Positions 20,110 to 28,594 of a DNA stretch of 64,000 nt are shown piece after piece (position 1 is the stretch's first letter; each line of letters begins with the position of its first letter). This stretch comes from Armatimonadota bacterium (GTDB lineage: Bacteria > Armatimonadota > UBA5829 > DTLH01), in the NCBI GenBank assembly GCA_038207085.1, contig JBBRAE010000007.1:1-64000 (forward strand), written 5' to 3'. Both the position numbers and the translations under genes were made by a program. The notes beneath the pieces were generated by a model. That model had not been told where the DNA came from. It saw nothing but the letters and a program-made list of their open reading frames with translations, and did no database searches.

Positions 20110-22143
20110 TCACACAACGAACGTTTCCAGCTCGTCAGGAGTGAGCACCGCGACACTGTCTCCGGTTGAGTGAATTGAGCCATTCTGGCAGTGGACGCAG
20201 GAGTCTTTGCCCACCGTCACCGATATTTTGCGCCCTCGGAATGGAACGTTGCGGAGCGTTCCCGGCGGTGTGTGAACTCCACCGAGCTTAATGCAATCGT
20301 CCCAAGCCTGCATGTCGAAGTATTCCTGCACCCCGATGTAGGCCAGCATAGCTCCCCAGTGGTAGAACCGGTCGCTTCCACCCTTTTCCGCGCCGTAGCC
20401 GGTGATAGCGTTGTAGTTCTCACACACGTTGCCGTTTTCCCGCCAATTGGTGAGGAACATCGCGAGGCCTTTGCCGGCAATCTTGGCTGCCACTTCAGAA
20501 CGACCCGCGCGGCGGATGCCTTCGTTTGTCAGGAAGTTGGTCGGCGCCCATATCCGCCCGCGCCAGTAGTCCTGGGTCTCAAAGCTTGGGTCATCCCGGC
20601 TGATCATCGGGATGACGTAGTCGCCCCAGAACTCATTGGGATTCAGGATGTGCTCGTCGATGATCCGCCGTGCCCGATCTTCGGGGACGATCCCCGCCAT
20701 CAGCGGAAACGTGTTGGTCGGCGACATAGATGGGCTGAACTCACCATTCCAGTGCTTGTTCAGATATGTCCCCTTCTCCTCGCACCAAAGCTCGGAGTTG
20801 ATGAGTTCTCCGAGGCGCTTGCCGCGACTTTCGAGCTCGGCAGCCTCCTTGTCGCGACCGATAACCCGGGCAATCTTAGCCAGGCACTCGCAGTCGGCGA
20901 CCATTTCAGCGCAGAGACCGGCGTAGGAAAGCTCCATGCAGTGTTTTTCCTCGTTGAAGGTGGCATCATCGAACATCGGCGAGTTGTCGAGTCCCGACTC
21001 CCACATCGCGCCCTGCTTTTCCCCCACCCCCTTCTCAGGCCACTGCCTGCCTGGGGTAGTCGTGTCCCAAGGTGTCGATGCGAGCTCGAGGAGCCCGTCA
21101 CCGTTGCAGTCGCGCTCGCGGAAGCGCCAGTTGTTCCACTCAAGCAGCCTGTCAAAGCATTCTTCGATGAACCACGTGTCACCAAACTGCAGGTAGAGCT
21201 TCCACACACACCAGGATCCGACCTGCGGCTCGCTTCTATCACGGCTGTGACGGGTCGCACCGCCGAGGTTCGGGATGAAACCTTCGGGCGTGATCTCTTC
21301 AAGAATGCTGAACGTGAACGCATACGCCAGGCGTTTGTCGATCAGTCCCGCCATCAGTCCGGCAAAGAACGTGTCCCAATCAAACAGCGCGTATGGGCCC
21401 ATTCCGTAGTGCGTGTAGCCGTAGCCACGGCACCAGTTGCGCGACACAGGAGCTACGACGCGCCTGTTTCGGGCGTCGTAAATTGTATTCCACAGTATCA
21501 CCCGCCGCATCCCGTCAAGCGCCTCGCCGAGGTCGCCGTCTGCGGTGATCGTCGAAGCAAGCCAGGCCTCGCGAGACTCTGCGATGAAGGCGTCGATGTC
21601 CTCCTCAGTCATCCCCTCTGCGTTCACTCGGAGGTAGATGGCTTCGCTGCCCGGCTTGACGACTATGTTAGCGCCTTGGATCGGGTTCCAATCGGGAACG
21701 ACCGTCTCTGAGAGCGTATCGATCACAAAATTACGGTCAAGCGACCCGGCAACGATCGTACCCTCCCGCTCGGCGATGTTCCATGAGTCTCCCCACTGGC
21801 CGTGTGCCTCAAAGGCTACATACTCGCCGCCTGTGACATTGATCGGGGTGACTTTCATCGAGAGGATCGGGCCATCGGACGCAGTCTCCACACGGAAGCT
21901 GCTTCCTTCGTAGCAGACGTCGACGTCAGTGTAACTACCGTCCATCGCATGCTCGCCGAACCGCGTGACCTCCGGCCACGAAAACTCACGGCAGTAGCCG
22001 CCTTTGTCCGGTATTATAACGCTGAAACTCACCTCGAAACCATCAGGAAGGAACACATGACCTACGACCGAATGGACATCCCAGGTATTCCAGCCCTGAG
22101 CAAGCTCGCCGTACAACTCACGCGCGCGTGGAGTAATTTTCAT
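20110..22143 (-). CDS. GH63/MGH1-like (alpha/alpha)6 glycoside hydrolase (trehalase family)
   Basis: LFDWDTFF, ESGLDNSP, YWRGRIW and ENYN...FYHWGA; start chosen at the ATG at 22143, which has a GAGG RBS and an upstream TTGGCA-18-TATACT. Confidence 0.88.
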   Translation of the reverse strand: MKITPRARELYGELAQGWNTWDVHSVVGHVFLPDGFEVSFSVIIPDKGGYCREFSWPEVTRFGEHAMDGSYTDVDVCYEGSSFRVETASDGPILSMKVTPINVTGGEYVAFEAHGQWGDSWNIAEREGTIVAGSLDRNFVIDTLSETVVPDWNPIQGANIVVKPGSEAIYLRVNAEGMTEEDIDAFIAESREAWLASTITADGDLGEALDGMRRVILWNTIYDARNRRVVAPVSRNWCRGYGYTHYGMGPYALFDWDTFFAGLMAGLIDKRLAYAFTFSILEEITPEGFIPNLGGATRHSRDRSEPQVGSWCVWKLYLQFGDTWFIEECFDRLLEWNNWRFRERDCNGDGLLELASTPWDTTTPGRQWPEKGVGEKQGAMWESGLDNSPMFDDATFNEEKHCMELSYAGLCAEMVADCECLAKIARVIGRDKEAAELESRGKRLGELINSELWCEEKGTYLNKHWNGEFSPSMSPTNTFPLMAGIVPEDRARRIIDEHILNPNEFWGDYVIPMISRDDPSFETQDYWRGRIWAPTNFLTNEGIRRAGRSEVAAKIAGKGLAMFLTNWRENGNVCENYNAITGYGAEKGGSDRFYHWGAMLAYIGVQEYFDMQAWDDCIKLGGVHTPPGTLRNVPFRGRKISVTVGKDSCVHCQNGSIHSTGDSVAVLTPDELETFVV

Positions 22144-22463
22144 CAGAGACCTCTTGCTACAAATATTGGCCTCAGTATAGCGTACTGCGTGCCACTGTGC
22201 CAACGTTTGTTGCCGGACCATTTGCCTGCTCGCGTCTGTGAGCACAATCGTCGTATGCTCAGACAAACGAATAACCTTCGGTATCAAGCCTGACTCACAG
22301 GCCAAAATGAACGGCTGAACTGGAAAATCTTCGAGGGGTTGAATATCTACTACGGCCCCGGAGGGATCTACATCGACCCGGCAGCCGAGCACACGCTGAT
22401 TCGACACTGCCAGATCAATGTAGATGGCGAGAAGATCGTCGACAAGTCACTCACGCTTAGAGC

Positions 22464-22495
22464 CGTAGGGGCGGACCAATGTGTCCGCCCTTTCA
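22464..22495 (+). repeat. GTAG-type REP, copy 1
   Basis: CGTAGGGGCGGACCAATGTGTCCGCCCTTTCA, identical to 47858-47889. Confidence 0.85.
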
Positions 22496-22542
22496 CGGCA
22501 ACGGATAATTCTCGGGCGCGCTCGCGAGTCCGCCCATGAGAT

Positions 22543-23607
22543 TTAAGATTCCATAGTCTTCAGAATCTCACGCACGGACAACTCCGCCCCTGCGATCACG
22601 GTATCGGCCGCACCGTAGTAGAGCGTAACCTTGTCGCCATCAACGAGACAACCGCAGGTGAATATCACATTCGGCACGAGGCCTTCCTTCTCATAAGGCG
22701 CTTCGGCCTCCATGATCGGGTGCTTGCTGCGGGCGAGGACGAACTCGGGCCGCTCAGGGTGAAGGAGCATTGCGCCCAGCGAGTAGCGGTCATCCGCCGT
22801 AGCGCCGTGGTATATCTCGACCCAGCCCTCTTCGGTCATAAACGGCACAGCGCTTCCGCCGATCCGCCCGCTTTCCCAACTGCCAGGAAGCGTCCCCGCC
22901 AGGAACTTGTGATCGCCCCAGTAGATACCGTCCATCGAGTAGGATATCCACATACTCGGGCGACCGATGTAGTGCGGGAACGGGCGATGCAGCGCGGCGA
23001 AGCGCCCACCTATCTTCTCAGGAAAGATCATAGCGTCCATATTCTCAGGAGAGAGTATGACTCCCTGCTTTTCAAAAGTCACGAAGTCCTTCGTGGTCGC
23101 AAGGCTCTGAGTGATCCCGACCGGGCTCACGCTCTTGTAGACGATGTAGTAGGTGTCATCGATCAGCGTGATGCGCGGGTCCTCCACACCAAACGCCTCG
23201 GAGGGCCGGTCCGGGACGATCGCGGGAGTGTCCTCGATCGTGAAATGGCGACCATCGCGACTCCGAGCTATCCGAAGGTGCGAGATCGACGTGAGAAATA
23301 GCTCGTTGGTTGTAGTGATCACCCTCGGGTCGTGAAAGTCGACGCTTGGGTCGTCGCGACTGAACTCTCGAATGACAAGTGTTGGTTCCCCACTCTCGCA
23401 CTCGAGCACCGGCGCCTGCACGATGCCGGGGTCGCTCCACTTGGGTCTTTCTGCGACCCGCATCAGCAGGATCACCTCATCGCCGAACCTGGTAACCGCG
23501 GGGTTCATCACGCAAAGAATCTCGAAGCCATCCCTTGACGGTCGGACGTCAGCAGGCGTGATCAATGGGTTTTCGGGAAATCGCTCTATCTTCAAGCCTG
23601 CCTCCAC
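22543..23607 (-). CDS. GH130 family glycoside hydrolase/phosphorylase
   Basis: RFPENPLITP, NPAV, SHLRIARSRDG, GVEDPRIT, HRP, IYHG and VPNVIF. Confidence 0.92.
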   Translation of the reverse strand: MEAGLKIERFPENPLITPADVRPSRDGFEILCVMNPAVTRFGDEVILLMRVAERPKWSDPGIVQAPVLECESGEPTLVIREFSRDDPSVDFHDPRVITTTNELFLTSISHLRIARSRDGRHFTIEDTPAIVPDRPSEAFGVEDPRITLIDDTYYIVYKSVSPVGITQSLATTKDFVTFEKQGVILSPENMDAMIFPEKIGGRFAALHRPFPHYIGRPSMWISYSMDGIYWGDHKFLAGTLPGSWESGRIGGSAVPFMTEEGWVEIYHGATADDRYSLGAMLLHPERPEFVLARSKHPIMEAEAPYEKEGLVPNVIFTCGCLVDGDKVTLYYGAADTVIAGAELSVREILKTMES

Positions 23608-25010
23608 TACTTAACGCCGATCTTCGCAAGTTCCGCGATGACTCCCGCGCTCGGAGCGTCGCTTACCACCTTGCCTTTGATCACGCCGTGGCCGTCGATG
23701 ATGAACACCGTCGGCATATACATCACACCATACTTGCCGCCGACCTCTCCGGCCTTGTCGTTCCCCATAAGCACAGGGAAGCCGATCCCTGCGTCACTCA
23801 CGACCTTCTCCGCGGCGGCCTTGTTCGAGTCTAGTGTAACGGCGATCAGCCCGACACCCTTAGCTCTAAGCGTCGACTGAATCTTCGCCATATCGGCGAT
23901 GCCGTCCTTGGCCGACTTCGACATCGACGACCAGAACACCGCAATGAGCGGCTTGCCCGTGTAGTCGGCGGACGTTACCTGCTTGCCATCAAGTGAGACG
24001 AGACCAAACGCGGGAGCCTTGTCTCCGGTCTTGTCCATCTTCTTTTCCATAGCCGTAATGCGCTTCTGCATATCCGCACGGGCCGCTTTTGGGTCGAACT
24101 TGGTCACGCCCTTTGGCGCAGAAAACTTGAATGTCGAAGGGCTGATCGCTGCGTTCATAGCAATGTTTTGGGTTATGGCCTTCTGGGTTATCACAAGTGG
24201 TCCCTTGGGAGGCTTTGCGCCCTTTTTGGCGTGCGCGGCCATAGCCTTGGCGCTCGCTGTCCCGGTGGTCACGATCTGATAGACCAGACCGTCCTTTTTG
24301 CCGATCCAGAGTTTCTCCTTGCTGACCAGCCCCGGCATACCCTTGGCAGGCACGGTATACTCGATCACATAGGAGTCGACCCCACCCACACTCTCACTGC
24401 CAACAAGTTTGGCGCTCTTTATAAAACTGTCGAGCTTCGCACCGGCGAGAAGCGATATCGTCGATATCCCTCCACCGGCCTGCGCGGCGGCCTTGCTGAT
24501 ATCCTTGGGAGCCGGTAGCTCCTGATACTGCTTTGCATTGGAATCGTAGACGAACTGCTTCTTGCCGTCGGTCACGACCTGCATCGTCTCCTTGCCGCGG
24601 GAGAACCTAAGGTTCATTCGGTTCGGACGCGCGAACTTCAGGCTCAGACTCGTCAGGGCAGTCTTGTTCTTGCCTGCAAGCGACATAGACTCGCTCAGAG
24701 TCGCATCGAGGGCTAGCGACTTCGCAGACTTATATACCCCAGCAGTTCGGAGCAAAATATCCTTTGCAGTCGGCTTTGCGGCAAGTGCGGGAGCCTTGGT
24801 TGCAGCAGCTTTACCAGGGACTGCCCGAGCAACAGGCTTTTTCGCAGTGCTCGCCGCTTCGGACGGCTTTGCAGGGGAAACGGACTTGCCCGCCGCTGGC
24901 GCGCTTGCCTCGGGAGCGGGAGATTTGGATGCGGTGCGCTGACCGCAACCAGCGAGCGCTACGGCAATAATCGCCGCAAGGGAAAGAAGAGCAGATGACT
25001 TTTTCAACAT
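23607..25010 (-). CDS. Lipoprotein with LolA-like (DUF2092-type) domain fused to a Cys-less TlpA/redoxin domain
   Basis: Lipobox LAGC; KFARPNRM..VVTDGK..VYD..F+FSAPKG; C-terminal APAFGLVSLDGKQV..FWSSMSKSA..YGVMYMPTVFIID. Confidence 0.75.
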   Translation of the reverse strand: MLKKSSALLSLAAIIAVALAGCGQRTASKSPAPEASAPAAGKSVSPAKPSEAASTAKKPVARAVPGKAAATKAPALAAKPTAKDILLRTAGVYKSAKSLALDATLSESMSLAGKNKTALTSLSLKFARPNRMNLRFSRGKETMQVVTDGKKQFVYDSNAKQYQELPAPKDISKAAAQAGGGISTISLLAGAKLDSFIKSAKLVGSESVGGVDSYVIEYTVPAKGMPGLVSKEKLWIGKKDGLVYQIVTTGTASAKAMAAHAKKGAKPPKGPLVITQKAITQNIAMNAAISPSTFKFSAPKGVTKFDPKAARADMQKRITAMEKKMDKTGDKAPAFGLVSLDGKQVTSADYTGKPLIAVFWSSMSKSAKDGIADMAKIQSTLRAKGVGLIAVTLDSNKAAAEKVVSDAGIGFPVLMGNDKAGEVGGKYGVMYMPTVFIIDGHGVIKGKVVSDAPSAGVIAELAKIGVK

Positions 25011-25081
25011 AACCTCCGGGTAGATGCACTTATGATAACTATGCCCACATTATGGTTGCTGATTTTTGATCGAACAGACAC

Positions 25082-25120
25082 TAACCCGCATTATTCACGC
25101 TTCACGAATAAAGCAGGCTA
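25082..25120. repeat. Double-hairpin MITE-like repeat, copy B (internal deletion)
   Basis: TAACCCGCATTATTCACG joined to CTTCACGAATAAAGCAGGCTA; overlaps the trxB stop codon. Confidence 0.85.
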
Positions 25121-26041
25121 ACTGCCGTTCGATGGGAGCCTCACTAGATAAGAATACGCACCGAGAGCCGCTTTTGCTCCGTCTCCGGCTGCGATTATTA
25201 TCTGTTTTTCAGGAACGTCGGTCACGTCCCCTGCTGCGTAAAGCCCGACGACTCCGGTCTCGGTAGCGCAGTTGACAGGGATCTCGCCATACTTGTTCAG
25301 CCTGACCAAGCCACCCAGAAACCCTGTGTTTGGCACCAGACCTATCTCGACAAACAAGCCGCGCACCTTGAGCGCGCGCTTGTCCCCCGTTTCTATGTTT
25401 TCCACATTAAGGCCCGTAACCATAACGTCTCCGACCACTTCTCTGGGTTTTGTGTTCAGAAGAACCTCTACATTGTGCGCCTTTCTGACCTTTTCCTGCA
25501 ACACCTCGTCGGCCTTAAGCCGATCACCTGCCTCCAAAAGATAGACTTTGGGCGTAATCTTCATCAACTGGATAGCCGAGTCCACACCGGAGTTGCCTCC
25601 ACCTATCACCGCCACATCCATCCCGGCAAAGATCGGTGCGTCGCAGGTGGCGCAGTAAGTGACGCCTTTGCCGCGGAACTCCCGTTCGCCGGGGACATTT
25701 AGCATCCGTGGGGACTTGCCCGTGGCGACGATCACGGTGCGCGCGTCAAACGTGCGGAGGTCCTCAGTTTCCACCTGAAACCCACCGTTGATCTTGGAAA
25801 GCCGCGTGGTCTTGCTGTATTCGATTCGCAGATTGAAGTAGCGGAGGTGGTCCTCAAACTTTTGCACAAGCTCGGGGCCGGTGATGTAGGTGTAACCGAG
25901 GTAGTTCTCCACCTCAGAACTCCAGGTGGTCTGCCCCCCAATGTTTTCGGTGATAATCAGCGTATCAAGTTGCTTCCTTGCGGCGTAGACTCCGGCAGTC
26001 ATGCCCGCCGGTCCCGCACCGAGGATAATCAGGTCATGCAT
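25118..26041 (-). CDS. trxB: Thioredoxin-disulfide reductase (AhpF C-terminal-like)
   Basis: IILGAGPAG, GVTYCATCD, VIGGGNSG and AAGDVT. Confidence 0.93.
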   Translation of the reverse strand: MHDLIILGAGPAGMTAGVYAARKQLDTLIITENIGGQTTWSSEVENYLGYTYITGPELVQKFEDHLRYFNLRIEYSKTTRLSKINGGFQVETEDLRTFDARTVIVATGKSPRMLNVPGEREFRGKGVTYCATCDAPIFAGMDVAVIGGGNSGVDSAIQLMKITPKVYLLEAGDRLKADEVLQEKVRKAHNVEVLLNTKPREVVGDVMVTGLNVENIETGDKRALKVRGLFVEIGLVPNTGFLGGLVRLNKYGEIPVNCATETGVVGLYAAGDVTDVPEKQIIIAAGDGAKAALGAYSYLVRLPSNGS

Positions 26042-26142
26042 CGTCTCCGTTTCCCCTTCGTAAACGGCGCCATTTTCCATTTACGTTCCTATCGTGAAGA
26101 AGAGCCAGGGGCAGCGTCTGCTACCCCAAATCATCAAAAGGC

Positions 26143-26382
26143 TCACGACTGCAGCAGTTCATCGAGTTTGGGACGGTTGAAACCCACTATAATCTGACCA
26201 TTGACATCGATTACCGGCACCCCAAGCTGCCCGGACTTCTTGACCATCTCTTCCCGAGCGGGCAAATCAGCCGCAACATCTTTATCAGTAAATGTGACAC
26301 CTTTCTGCGACAGGTAGCTCTTCGCCTGGTGGCAATACGGGCACGTTGGCGTGCTGTAGACTATGATGTTCTGTTCAGCCAT
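26143..26382 (-). CDS. Glutaredoxin/NrdH-like redoxin
   Basis: YSTPTCPYC, GVPVIDV and IIVGFN. Confidence 0.93.
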   Translation of the reverse strand: MAEQNIIVYSTPTCPYCHQAKSYLSQKGVTFTDKDVAADLPAREEMVKKSGQLGVPVIDVNGQIIVGFNRPKLDELLQS

Positions 26383-26504
26383 ATCAAATCTCCTCTAAGC
26401 AAGCGTTTAGATGAGTCTACCCCGTTGGAATGTTTCTGAATCCAAGTTGGCGTTTATAGGTTATTGTCACCGTCTGTGATAAGATAGTGAATAGGAGGGA
26501 ATTT

Positions 26505-27668
26505 ATGAAAACACGCAGAATGCTATCCGTCGCTCTTGCCCTGCTCGCCGTCGCAATCCCTGCGACCGCAGCCGGACTGAAAGCCAAAGATATCGAAGCG
26601 GAACGAAACCTCGGCAAAGAGGGGGCCGCAGAGGCCGCCAAGTCGATGAAATTCGTCTCCGATCCCAAATACATCAAGCGAGTGGAAGCTATCGGGCTGA
26701 AGATAGTCCCCATCGCAAAAACATATGAAGTAAAAGCCAGCTACGGCTCACCTACCCTTACGGACTTCACGTATTCTTTCAAAGTGGTGGATGACAAGAC
26801 CGCCAACGCCTTCTCACTTCCCGGCGGCTACATATACGTGAACAAGGGACTGATAGACCGGATAGAGTCCGACGACGAGCTCGCCGGGGTCATCGCCCAC
26901 GAAATCTCGCATGTTTCCCACCACCATATGCTTCAGCTACTAAGGAAGCAGAGCCAGATCGATAGCAGCATCCTCCTGATTATCGCCGCCGCAACGCTCG
27001 GCAAGGCAAGCAGCGGAGATATGGCAAACGTCTTCTATGGCGCAAAACTCGTAGAGATGGCGAAGCTCAACTCATGGAGCCAGAAGGCTGAGTACGACGC
27101 CGACAACACCGCGATCGAGTATATGATCAAAACCGGTTATAAGCCAGTCGGCATGGTCACTGTCCTTGAGGGGCTTGCCAGAGAAGAAACATACAACCCC
27201 GCGATAAACAATATGGGCGCAGCTCAGGACCACCCGCTTTCCGGGGACAGAGCGCGCAACATCATCACGAACCTCACCAAGCGCGGTATCTCGATCGACC
27301 GATGGCAGGTCGAGTCGGGCACCGTAGCTACCGTGAGGGATGTAGTTGTAAAAGACCACAAGCTTTCAGAGGTAGTTGCCGCGGGCAAAGTGATCTTCCA
27401 GCCCACAGACAACCCGACGGCTTCGTCCAAGGACCGCGCAAAAAAGATCGCAGATGCGCTGAACAAGATGCTCAGGCAGGACCCGGGGCAGTGGGAAGTG
27501 CGGATAAGCCCCGACGGAACGGCGGTTTATCTCAGGCAGGAATTGATAGTGGAGGTGGCTCAGTCCGACGCCGATATCGCTGGCACTACGAAAGAGTCAC
27601 TAGCAAACAAGGCGAAAGACTCGATCCAGGCGGCTATACTCTCCGAACAAATGCGGCGTATGTATTAG
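26505..27668 (+). CDS. Secreted M48 family metallopeptidase
   Basis: Signal peptide, NAFSLPGGYIYV, ELAGVIAHEISH, EYDAD and HP. Confidence 0.92.
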   Translation: MKTRRMLSVALALLAVAIPATAAGLKAKDIEAERNLGKEGAAEAAKSMKFVSDPKYIKRVEAIGLKIVPIAKTYEVKASYGSPTLTDFTYSFKVVDDKTANAFSLPGGYIYVNKGLIDRIESDDELAGVIAHEISHVSHHHMLQLLRKQSQIDSSILLIIAAATLGKASSGDMANVFYGAKLVEMAKLNSWSQKAEYDADNTAIEYMIKTGYKPVGMVTVLEGLAREETYNPAINNMGAAQDHPLSGDRARNIITNLTKRGISIDRWQVESGTVATVRDVVVKDHKLSEVVAAGKVIFQPTDNPTASSKDRAKKIADALNKMLRQDPGQWEVRISPDGTAVYLRQELIVEVAQSDADIAGTTKESLANKAKDSIQAAILSEQMRRMY

Positions 27669-27744
27669 CCCGCTTTATTCGCTTTACGAATAAAGCTCTC
27701 GCTAACGGAGCATTATTCACGAGTAGCGAGAATAATGCGCGTTA
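27666..27744. repeat. Double-hairpin MITE-like repeat, copy C
   Basis: TAGCCCGCTTTATTCG..CGAATAAAGC..GCATTATTCACGAGTAGCGAGAATAATGCGCGTTA; begins at the M48 stop codon. Confidence 0.92.
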
Positions 27745-27748
27745 TAGG

Positions 27749-28036
27749 CTAGAACTTGCCCATCAGAAACGTGCTCACAAAGAACAGAACACCACTGATG
27801 CCAAATGTTGCTGCGAGGTAGCGAAGATCGCGCCGGGCGATTCGGCGATCGTCGTTGCTGCCAAAAAGTAGCACCAACTCGATCGCGCCGAGGCAGAAGC
27901 ATCCGAGCATCGCCAGCATCGGAATAAGGGCGATCAGAGGCCAAAGGAGGCTGTAGAGTCCCGAGGACAACAGCAGCACTCCCACCATTATGAACATCAC
28001 CAAAAGGCTCAGTAATAGAATCGCGAGAAGCGTCAT
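27749..28036 (-). CDS. Small membrane protein of unknown function (about 3 TM)
   Basis: Hydrophobic 95-aa ORF; upstream minus-strand TTGACG-17-TAACAT. Confidence 0.6.
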   Translation of the reverse strand: MTLLAILLLSLLVMFIMVGVLLLSSGLYSLLWPLIALIPMLAMLGCFCLGAIELVLLFGSNDDRRIARRDLRYLAATFGISGVLFFVSTFLMGKF

Positions 28037-28208
28037 TTCAGCACGTCCGTATATTTGGTAGTCGCTGGGTGCACTTACGGCGTATGTTAGCAGGAACTCG
28101 TGCCCTCGTCAAGTCCGCCGTGGCGGTCCTCAAAGCACGACAAGCAGGACAGAATACACCAGACTTGTTGCGGCGAACATCCCATTATACCCATCAGGCA
28201 CAGGCACC

Positions 28209-28287
28209 AACAGAGCATTATTCACGAGTAGCGTGAATAATGCTCTGTTAGCGAAAGCTTTATTCGTTTCACGAATAAAGCGGGCTA
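28209..28287. repeat. Double-hairpin MITE-like repeat, copy D
   Basis: AACAGAGCATTATTCACGAGTAGCGTGAATAATGCTCTGTTAGCGAAAGCTTTATTCGTTTCACGAATAAAGCGGGCTA. Confidence 0.92.
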
Positions 28288-28334
28288 AATGCGATATCGA
28301 TCTCCATCTGGTACGGCCCCAGTCGCTGGGGGCA

Positions 28335-28364
28335 TTGCCAATGTGCCCAGGTGTAAGGTAAAAT
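28335..28364 (+). promoter_or_regulatory. Putative sigma70 promoter for the ABC pair
   Basis: TTGCCA-18 bp-TAAAAT, about 230 nt upstream of the start codon. Confidence 0.5.
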
Positions 28365-28594
28365 ATTGGTAATAGTAGAGCTTCGTCACCGTCTGTATTT
28401 GTAGATGGTCCGCATCGACGGCGCTATCTGCGCCGTCTCTTAAAGGCTGGCGCTATGCGCCACCGGTCACAATTCACCAATTGCGTCTTGCGACGAATGA
28501 TGTGACTCTCAAAGAATATGCAGAACACAGTAGTGTGATGGGACCAAAATGGATCACAGTGCTCGTGTTACCTACTTGTCATGGAGAATAGTGC

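Noticed and set aside
20191..21711. 506-aa plus-strand ORF
   Set aside because: Antisense shadow of the GH63-like gene, expected with GC-rich codon bias; no motifs.
22144..22407. N-terminal extension of the GH63-like ORF
   Set aside because: The ATG at 22143 has an RBS and a promoter-like element, so the extension is probably not translated.
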